Of a stretch of DNA of 64,000 nt, positions 55,018 through 64,000 are shown piece after piece (the first letter of the stretch is position 1; every line of letters begins with the position of its first letter). Source of the stretch: Mytilus edulis (Eukaryota); contig NC_092355.1 of the NCBI RefSeq assembly GCF_963676685.1, forward strand, positions 56,358,001 to 56,422,000. Reading direction: 5' to 3'. Both the position numbers and the translations under genes were made by a program. A model generated the notes under the pieces. That model worked only from the letters and a program-made list of their open reading frames with translations. It was not told where the DNA came from and did no database searches.

Positions 55018-57988
55018 TAAAGGTCTCCGATATTAAATCAAATAATCAAAATCATTCAAGACATTTTGAAATAAGCATACTGTTTGAATGATGTGATTTA
55101 CTGCTTATGCATTGCTTTGTCGTATGAAATCTGATCGTCGCAAGAACTTCTTTGTTTGATCTTATTTTTTTCCTCTCTTTTATAGATTTATAAGACGACG
55201 AAAGTAGATAAATATATGATTGACCGCGTGTTGCTTTTTAATTCTTTTTTTCTTAGGCTTTTAATAACATATGTATATCAAATACGTTACAAATTACCGT
55301 CATAAAATATTTTGGCAAATTTTGTTGTTTTTCAAACAGCCTTTTTAAACATCTTTTAACATATGTAACAACATTTGTGTTGAAAATGAAATTTCTTTTA
55401 TACGAATGAGATCTGGTGCACTTTTATATTCATGATATACTGTCAATAGAAACTCACAAGGAATTTCATAGGCATCCTAGATAACCTACAGTTATATGCT
55501 TTGTGTCAATTGTTATGCTGTGGTAAACGAATAATACATGTTGATAATTAGCCTTTCAGAAGAAGCTTTGAGCAAAATATCGGTTGAGTTCGTATCCATT
55601 GTTGATGAATTGTTTTGCCTTTCGAACAAGACATAACTGATTGTAGCTAAAACCGTACCATCTATCTACAAAACAATCTTCTTATCACCCCACAGAGTAC
55701 TTGAGTGCACTTTCGAATTTGCTTAAAACGTACATCTTTTTTTAACTATTGGTGTCTTTTCGGATGTTGGTTTTGGTGAAGTTTCTCATTTACTTTTCTT
55801 TTCAAAATCGTTTGTATGACTGTTCAATCCCTGGTAGTGCTTTTTTAAAATATCAATGACACATGCCTTCTGTAAGAATAAGGTCGTTCTCTCGGATTTA
55901 AAATAATCTTCTGTCAAAACATATCCCAATGATGTTTAAACTAGATCTAAAGCACATTTTTTAAAAGATGAATTATAGTATTGTCGACTAGCTAGATTTT
56001 ATTACAAACAAATGATATAATGCGTGTATTCGTTAATTACGCCATTTTAGCAAACATGTTTTAAAAATTAGCTACAACCTATCGGTAAAGCGGTCAAAGG
56101 GATATAATTGCAGTATTTTTCTTAGCAGTTTATTCATTTATTATTTCGATAATTAGTTCTCCATTTTTTTATAGTTAGTTTTAAATTGTATTTCAACGCA
56201 GCTGTTTAATAATGCTCTTGATTTAATCACCATTGTAAAAAAATGTAGTAATAACTGCATTTTAAGGTAGACATTGTATAATGACATTAAAATTGAAACC
56301 ATTTGCTTTAATTTTTATTCATCATGTACTTTTGAAGCTCATAAAATCAGGTAAAATGCGGTAATATAATATGATTTGTAAAAGTTTTTATGTAAGACCA
56401 ATGATTGTTATTTGATGTATTCCACTCAGCAACTGAGTTCCCCGAAGACTCTTATATGTGTGTTATTCAGAACGTAGTTTGTTGGTAAGCGAATATTGAT
56501 CACTTTAATATAGAGATTTTCAGAGAGGTTACAAATAACTTATACAAAAAAAAGTTCTGCTATGTTGTGATGTTACACTGTTGTTTCAGGTAAGTGTGAA
56601 AGTTGGTACCTATTAAAACGGTTGATTGCACTTGTCCTAAGACAAGAACCTGATGTTCAGTGGTTGTCGTCTGTTGATGCGATTCATAAATGTTTTTTGT
56701 TTCTCGTTTTCGATTTAGATTAGACAGTTGGTTTTCCCATTTGAATGGTTTTACTCTTACTTGTCATTGTTGGGGACCTTGGTAGCTTGCAGGTCGGTAT
56801 AAGCAAAGGCTACGTGTTGAAGGCCCTACGTTGACCTATAATGGTTTACTTTTTACAAATTGTTACTTGCATGGAGAGTCGTCTCATTGGCACTCATGCC
56901 ACATCTTCTTATATCTACTTAATATGGGTATCAATAGTTTACCTGTACAGGTATGTACCAAGTCAGGAATAATACATTTGTTTTCCGTTCGTTCATATAG
57001 TCGTACGTTTGTCTTTTCCAGGTTTTATGGACATCATTTTTTTTTAATTTACATTAGAGTTTGGAATTTTGGTAAATACATTTTATATTTAATACATACT
57101 AAGTCTTATGAACGATTTATTAGATCTAAGGTTTAGTTATCTCTCGTTCATCAGAAAAATCGTAGTTCAGATCTGTATTTTGTATACCATTCCAGACTGT
57201 GTTTTTGTAAGACATCGTTATGCTTTGTATAGATCAGATGAGTTAACCCCTTTTCAACTGATTTTTATAGTTTGTTCATATGGTGTGTTGTAAAACTACT
57301 GTCCCTGTTTATAGTGTTGGTTCGGTGCCCATGAACGTGTTAACCCCACAAAATTCCTTCTGTACCTGTCCCAAATCAGTTGTTTGTCGTTCAGTGGTTA
57401 TTGTTTGTGCATGTCTATTCTATTCTTTCCTGAAGTAAATTATTTTGATTTATACGGTAAATTTTTAATTAAATTGATTCGTATATAGTCGGCGCCTTTT
57501 ATGGACGACTATGTGATATGTTTTTCCTCATTGTTGTAAATCTTTGTAACATGTTTAAGACAGAGAGCAGATAAGTTTAATGAAGGAGATTTTACTGTGT
57601 CCAATTATCATTTATTCAATAATGTGTTTTTTAAATATTGAGAACGAAATTTTTACTATCAATAGAACATCATTATGTTGTAGCACTAATTTACTAATTC
57701 ATATAAATGCATATGTTTCGAAACGAGATGATAATATGACAATGACTGAATAACCGTACTACAGGATAGTATAACAATCAAAATAATTCTATCGTGTAGC
57801 CGTTTTAATTATTTTGACAATTTCACCCGACAGCATGGTTTGAACATCACATACTCAACAATAAACGGACGACTGTGAGGACATTTGAAGTTGACGATCT
57901 GCTTTGAAATTTGTTATCTATTCTTTTGTTGACTTTGTTGACTTTTTATACAATTCACAATGGGTATCATCTCAAACAACACAGAATA

Positions 57989-59141
57989 ATCCCAACCTGC
58001 GGAGAAGCTAACTCAAGGTGAAAGGTTAAATTTCATTATTCATTTAATATTTAACAATTGAAAATCTTGAACAGCAACGTATCAACATGTTGTAATATCG
58101 TGTAGTCGACCGTTGATCTTTTATAACAGATAGCAACGCGTTTTTCTGTAAGAGAAACAGTTAAAAAAAATTTGTTCTCAATAAATTGCTAACGAATCAT
58201 TCAGCAATCCTCTATCTCAATAATGTGTGTCACTCTTACGTTTTAAATTGTGTCACTTTCTCATTCTTACTTCCGGTTCATGTTACTTTCTCACTCTCAC
58301 TTCCGGTTTATATCACTTTCTCATTCATACTTCCGGTTCATGTCTCTTTATCATTCTTACTTCCGGTTCATGTCACTTTCTCATGCTTACTTCCGGTTCA
58401 TGTCACTTTTTCATTCTTACTTCCGGTTCATGTCACTGTTTCATTCTTACTTCCGGTTCATGTCTCTTTATCATTCTTACTTCTGGTTCATGCGACTTTC
58501 TCATTCTTACTTCCAGTTCATGTCACTTTCTCATTCTTACTTCCGGTTCATGTCAATTTCTCATTATCCCAACCTGCGGAGAAGCTAACTCAAGGTGAAA
58601 GGTTAAATTTCATTATTCGTTTAATATTTAGCAATTGAAAATCTTGAACAGCAACGTATCAACATGTTGTAATATCGTGTAGTCGACCGTTGATCTTTTA
58701 TAACAGATAGCAACGCGTTTTCCTGTAAGAGAAACAGTAAACAAAAATTGTTGTTCTCAATAAATTGCTTACGAATCATTCAGCAATCCTCTGTCTCAAT
58801 AATGTGTCACTCCTTCGTTAGAATTGTGTCACTTTCTCACTTTTACTTCCGGTTCATGTTACTTTCTCACTCTTATTTCCGGTTCATGTCTATTTATCAT
58901 TCACACTTCCGGTTTATGTCTATTTATCATTCTTACTTCCGGTTCATGTCACTTTCTCATGCTTACTTCCGGTTAATGTCACTTTATCATTCCTACTTCC
59001 GGTTCATGTCACTTTTTAATTCTAACTTCCGGTTCATGTCACTTTATCATTCTTACTTCCGGTTCATGTCACTTTCTCATTCTTACTTCCGGTTCATGTC
59101 ACTTTCTCATTCTTACTTCCGGTTCATGTCAATTTCTCATT
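57989..59141. repeat. ~577-bp tandem duplication, each unit ending in about ten 30-bp repeats (putative PLA2 3' UTR)
   Basis: ATCCCAACCTGCGGAGAAG at 57989 and 58566. Minisatellite TCATTCTTACTTCCGGTTCATGTCACTTTC at 58250-58565 and 58826-59141. Confidence 0.95.
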
Positions 59142-59271
59142 TGTGTATCATTGCAATATGTCTTACTGTCGGTCTTCCATTTTTCGTTATATTCGTGTTT
59201 AACATCTGACAAACAGATTGCTGCCTCTTTATCACATCTACAGAAATTTAATTTACAAGGATCACTGTCAT
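59129..59271 (-). CDS. Secreted phospholipase A2-like gene, last coding exon
   Basis: Acceptor tttgttacag, phase 1. Encodes (H)DSDPCKLNFCRCDKEAAICLSDVKHEYNEKWKTDSKTYCNDTQMRN*. CxCDxxAAxC is the Asp99 motif. Confidence 0.93.
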
Positions 59272-60130
59272 CTGTAACAAACAAAAAATGAAATGTACTT
59301 AAAGCGACGAATAAATCACGTGACTAAAAGAAGCCACGTGACTAATTGATGCGTAAGGTACTCATTGTTACGTGTTCTATTTTTGGCAAAATTATACAAC
59401 ATAACGTTGTATTTTTGAATGGTTGTACAGCTGCTTGTCGGGATTTTACTGGAGTAGTAAAGCATACATATAAGACAACTCTCTATCAAAATTGCAATGT
59501 ATTAAGAGTAAACAATTATAGGTCAAAGTACGGCATTCAACACAGATCAGTAGATGTTACATGTATATATAAGAAACTCGGATTCGGTTTTCGATTTTGT
59601 GTCCTTTTTCTGATATTCATGTACGAATCTAAAATGGTTTGTTGCAATTTACAATCTCACAACACTCATAGAATGTGTCCTTCTACTTCACACCTTGACT
59701 TGCACACTTGGCTATGCCAAATCAATAATATGTAGCTGAGTAAGTTCAGATGTCAACAGTCAACACAAAATTCGATATTCCGTTAGTTTTCTCTATTGAA
59801 TGGTTTTACATTTGTCATTTCGGGGCTTTTTATAGCTAACTATTCGAAATTGGCTTTGCTCATTGTTGGAGGCCGTACGGTAACCTAAAGTTGTTAATTT
59901 ATGTGTCATTTGTCCTCTTATGGATAGTTGTCTCGTCGGAAATCTTACATATTTTCTTTTTTTATAAATGTAAAAAACATCAAATGCACCTCCAAAAGTA
60001 TTTTTAGATCTATATCTGAAGCATAGAACAAGAACATCGTGAACAACTGAATTCAAAAATATTTGTTCCGTACCAGAAAACAGAACAAAAGTACTCGAAT
60101 TAATAAAAGCTAATTAGGGCTAAATGCATT

Positions 60131-60285
60131 GGCGGATCCAGGGGGAAAAGGGGGGGTGGTTTCCAAGGGTTGGAACCCTCCCCTTTTTTGCCGATCAATG
60201 CATTTGAATGGGGACATATAGTTGGACCCCCCCTTTTTTTGTCCTGGGTTAGGGAATCCCCGCTTTGTAAAATGTTGGATCCGCT
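60131..60285. mobile_element. Short GC-rich MITE in the PLA2 intron
   Basis: TIRs GGCGGATCCA / TGGATCCGCT. Confidence 0.7.
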
Positions 60286-60449
60286 CCTAAAATATATGTA
60301 TATAGTGACCTTATACGGATATCGATGCTGACAGTAGCAAGACTTATTGCTTTGTCTCTATTCTTTACTTTTAAATTATCGATCATATTTTAAACAAATC
60401 AGTTGTGTTCATATGTGTGTGTGTCTTACGAATGCAGAGATGTACTTAC

Positions 60450-60559
60450 GACAGGTAATTGTTTTCAAAAAACAAGTTCCATACGAGTAATATCGAGATG
60501 AATGCGGGCATTTCTTGGCAAAAATATTTCGAAGGCACATATGGTGTTGCCAACAGCAT
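60450..60559 (-). CDS. Secreted phospholipase A2-like gene, active-site exon
   Basis: Acceptor tttttag, donor gtaagt, phases 2/1. Encodes (R)CCWQHHMCLRNIFAKKCPHSSRYYSYGTCFLKTITC. Confidence 0.93.
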
Positions 60560-60814
60560 CTAAAAATAAAATTATAAGCTGATATTCAACCATGGTCATT
60601 TTTACAAATGTTTTCCACATTTATACTTCCAAAAGTCAATCGCTGATTGTTCTGTTTCAAAATTAGTTTTAAACAAAATTAATATTACTGCGACTGCAGA
60701 GTCTTACATTTACATAGGCAGGCTTTAAAATACAAAATGCTTCAAAGTATTGCAGTCAAAAGTCTTTGTAACATCGTCTCCCATTTACTAAATGTTATGT
60801 GAAGATGGATTGCA

Positions 60815-61500
60815 GCTTAACGTCCAGTGGCAAGCTAATATGCATATTCAGGACGATAACACGTTCATGTAATATGAATATTAAACGTGCTTTGTACTAA
60901 AACCAACAAACCGAGACGGACTTTCAATTTGCCAGTCCGCATAGGTCATCTTGCTCGGAAACATTGTCCTCTTACTCGGAAAAATTGTCATCTTACTCCG
61001 GAAACATTGTCATCTTACTCGGAAACATTGTAATCTTACTCGGAAACATTGTCATCTTACTCGGAAACATTGTAATCTTACTCGGAAACATTGTCATCTT
61101 ACTCGGAAACATTGTAATCTTACTCGGAAACATTGTATTGTCATCTTACTCGGAAACATTGTCATCTTACTCGGAAACATTGTCATCTTACTCGGAAACA
61201 TTGTCATCTTACTCGGAAACATTGTCATCTTACTCGGAAACATTGTAATCTTACTCGGAAACATTGTCATCTTACTCCGGAAACATTGCCATCTTACTCG
61301 GAAACATTGTAATCTTACTCGGAAACATTGTCATCTTTCTCGGAAACATTGTCATCTTACTCGGAAACATTATTTTGACACTTTTATCTTACTTCTTTAA
61401 GGTGCGGAGAAGCAGCAAATAACAATTTTAAAGTCTTTGGATTCACCCGGTCCGGGCCTATGACATCCCATACTGGAGGCAAACAAGCTACATGTACCAC
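60815..61500 (-). mobile_element. Decayed tRNA-SINE (Meta-domain-like) containing an expanded minisatellite
   Basis: Minus strand reads CCAAAGACTTTAAAATTGTTATTTGCTGCTTCTCCGC...ATAATGTTTCCGAGTAAG...ATGCGGACTG...TTGGTTTTAGTACAAAGC. Domain name assigned from memory. Confidence 0.6.
60945..61372. repeat. 21-bp minisatellite, about 20 copies
   Basis: CATTGTCATCTTACTCGGAAA tandem. Confidence 0.97.
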
Positions 61501-61634
61501 GAGAACATCGAGGGAGTGAAAGGCATGTGAAACTTAAGCTTACACATGTGAGATGTTATTTCAATAACAACAACAAATATAAGGCAAACTCAGTTTTAGA
61601 TCATTTTGAATTAATGTAAAAGTTCAAAAATTAC

Positions 61635-61773
61635 CTGTCTAATTTGTCAACGGACATACCATTTCCTGTCTGCCCGCACCAACATCCATATCCGTTCAAG
61701 TCGTCAGCAAAATATACGTCTCCTGTCTTTGCTTTTAATAGGAAATGAATCCGGTATATATCGTGAAGATCAT
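61635..61773 (-). CDS. Secreted phospholipase A2-like gene, Ca2+-loop exon
   Basis: Acceptor ctttatag, donor gtaatt, phases 1/2. Encodes DLHDIYRIHFLLKAKTGDVYFADDLNGYGCWCGQTGNGMSVDKLD(R). YGCxCG..G.G..VD.LDR is the sPLA2 signature, and the frames join correctly across all three exons. Confidence 0.93.
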
Positions 61774-61870
61774 CTATAAAGATAGAAACATATAATTTTC
61801 TAAAATAGATGTTTTACAACTTTTCTCCTTGTCAACCTTAGCATTCACAAACACGAGCCAATTGGACAAA

Positions 61871-62484
61871 GGAGTAGGTCCGGTAAGCACCGATTTTGGC
61901 CTCAAAGGAGTAGGTCCGGTAAGGACCGATTTTGGCCTCAAATTTCAGGTTCATCTGACGAAAGATTTTGACCACTTTTTAAACACTTAAGTGTCTATTT
62001 TATTTGTATCAATTACTTTATGTGAACGATTTTAACAGATTTAATCATTAAAAACGATCCGATTCAAGCTCAAATATGAAAAATCTACCTAATATGCCGA
62101 AAAATGTCACTTTTCAGATGGTTTTTGGTAAAAATGAAAGTGGTCGCATCCGTGTTCATCCTCAACCTTTTTATATGTTATGTATTATCATAAAATACAC
62201 CTTACATTTCAATATTAAGGATGAACACGAATGCGGTCACTTTTGTTTTACACGAAAACCGTCTAAAATTTAACTAAAATGCTAGAATTGTGAAGATTTC
62301 AGTAATTTAGCATGACTTAATGATGCTAGTACCCGATATATGTGCATTGTATTGTCAAAACCTACCCATATGTATGTAGCAGAAGCATTCTACTGTCTAA
62401 TAAATAACTTAAAGTTTACATTTTAACAATTTTGTAAAACTACTATATTTTGGGGCCAAAAAGGGGTCTTACTGGACCTACTCC
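61871..62484. mobile_element. Spy-type MITE (61907-62484) preceded by a 36-bp copy of its own 5' end
   Basis: AAA|GGAGTAGGTCCGGTAAG occurs twice (61871, 61907) and ends CTTACTGGACCTACTCC|TTT. Same family as 53089-53666. Confidence 0.9.
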
Positions 62485-62502
62485 TTTCGTAAGCAAGGGA
62501 AC

Positions 62503-62618
62503 TGGTCCCTGTTTCACAAAAACAACTAGTCACTAAAATTGATCGTATTTAAGTATACTGCATTGTTCATAACTTAATGTCAATCTTAGTTGTAAGTTTT
62601 TTTGTGAAACCGACTCAG
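62503..62618. mobile_element. Short MITE remnant
   Basis: Inverted repeats GTTTCACAAAAA / TTTTTGTGAAAC. Confidence 0.55.
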
Positions 62619-62871
62619 GACGCTTTTCTTGCCATTCCTAATCTCTAATATCGGGCAAGGAGTTCAGTGTGAAGCAAAAATACTCACTTCTTTACAAGCA
62701 CTGGTTTTATATGAATGATTTGCTACCTGTCGTTTATGCTGTATCGTGCATGCCCTTTAAGAGGGTTTGGATGGGGTTTATATAATACAAAATAATTGGA
62801 TAAATATGCAGAATAAAAAGCTAAATAAAAGAATAGTGGAAAATCGATGTTTATGTATAATCTTATATTAC

Positions 62872-62919
62872 CTTGCGTGGATTCTATTTTAATATTGTAA
62901 GACACAATATCCATAACAT
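62872..62919 (-). CDS. Candidate signal-peptide exon of the PLA2-like gene (needs +1 A)
   Basis: ATG TTA TGG ATA TTG TGT CTT ACA ATA TTA AAA TAG...CGCAAG|gtaata. One more A in the A4 run gives MLWILCLTILKIESTQ with a phase-1 donor that matches the next exon. Confidence 0.4.
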
Positions 62920-63129
62920 GCTGCAACCATGTAACTCTAACATCCCCTTTCAGTATAGCTACGTTGTATGAAAAGAAAAATGATACAAACGTTAATATGA
63001 CAGGTCTTAGAAAGGTGTACTCATGTTTTTTATCCTGCTCTTAACAAATTATTTTGCAAGTTATAGGTTTTTTTCTTTAATTAAGGTCTTTCCTTTTTCT
63101 ATAAGGAAAGACCTTACTGTATTTCTTCT

Positions 63130-64000
63130 GTTTATTATTATTCTTTTTCCGCCAAACTTTGACGAAGTTAGCAGCCTAAACCGTAAGACGTGTCGCTTTC
63201 ATGTTCTCACTTTGTATCGGTGTCATGAATACCTATCCGGAACTCACCCTGTTAGTCGAAATATTTTGTCGGTTCGGAGTAATCCCTCCGAAACCAAAAA
63301 ACCTTGTTATCGTTCCAACACCGTAACCGTAATAGATAGAAAAAAAACGAAGGGTGAAATTTGTTCAGGACCAGACCCCGGTTCTTCGTTACATTTGATT
63401 CGAAAAGATTCAACGACTCATTGGTAGGGTTATGCCCCTTTGAAAATTAACCGGTGTCGGTGGACCACCAAAACTCAGAAACCGTAAATCGTAGAGACCT
63501 AGGATCTTCACCATTCATCAACAATTCATGAGACTTTCAAAAATACCTCAAGGTCAAATGTGTATGTTGACCTTGACCTTTGACCTAACACCTTGTTATC
63601 AGAACAACTCAAAAACTATTATACTTACAGAAGTTTTAAATAGTGGAAAATGTTTGGGTCATTACGGCGCAACTTTGTTATATTTTGACCGAAGAGATTT
63701 GACCTTTTTTTAAGGGGCATAACACCTGTTTTAGGTTTCTGGAAAGACAAAATCATCTTTTACTATATAACCAAAGGTCCTAGACCCATGGGGTCTTCGG
63801 CAATGACATTGGGGACTAATGACCTTGACAAAGGTCAAAAGGTCAAAGGTCAAGGGTCATGTCCCATATAGCGAATTTGGTGTTTTTAACCTTATTTAAA
63901 GGTTTTTCAGTGTGTTTTAAAGCTTTTTAATACATTCTACGTCTATTTGAACATGTATTTTACATTACAAAAGGAAAGACCTCTCAATTGTTCAAGAACA
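63130..64000. mobile_element. Interspersed repeat with TGACCTTGACCTTTGACC / AAGGTCAAAGGTCAAGG motifs (Helentron-like), runs off the edge
   Basis: GGTCAA/TTGACC-rich motifs at 63550-63590 and 63820-63860, typical of bivalve non-autonomous elements. Confidence 0.55.

Larger units (their letters stand above)
51784..55102 (+). repeat. Segmental duplication, copy 2 (partner 1033-2866), carrying two extra insertions
   Basis: Colinear with copy 1 except for insertions at 53089-53666 and 54025-55017 and a ~100-bp deletion near 52025. Confidence 0.95.

Noticed and set aside
58186-59209. Long plus-strand ORFs of 112-153 aa
   Set aside because: Artefacts of a stop-free 30-bp repeat open in all three frames, antisense to the PLA2 gene.
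60951-61400. ORFs with RKHCHLT / GNIVILL repeats (metal-binding-like)
   Set aside because: Translation of an intronic 21-bp minisatellite within a SINE.

Overview
AT-rich eukaryotic DNA, most likely from a mytilid mussel (inferred from Mytilus-type retrozymes, Penelope-like RT and SINE families). It is dominated by repeats, and almost all ORFs in the supplied track are spurious. One spliced gene is well supported: a minus-strand secreted phospholipase A2-fold gene near the right end (exons 61773-61635, 60559-60450, 59271-59129). It keeps His48/Asp99 but has Asp49->His, Gly32->Thr and Tyr52->Leu, so it is probably Ca2+-independent or non-enzymatic. Other contents: a stop-free 5'-truncated Penelope-like RT, a decayed LINE RT, four minimal type I hammerhead (retrozyme) loci, and Spy-type MITEs that insert at AAA|TTT without a TSD (shown by an empty/filled site pair inside the window). 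There are also TTAA- and TA-flanked MITEs, tRNA-SINEs, a 3.4-kb 43-bp satellite, several minisatellites, a mosaic 1.57-kb triplication and a ~1.8-kb duplication 50 kb apart. Between about 12 and 45 kb lie old, diverged paralogous blocks that may be the remains of a decayed nSTAND-NTPase/ankyrin immune gene cluster (low confidence). All alignments and translations were done by eye.
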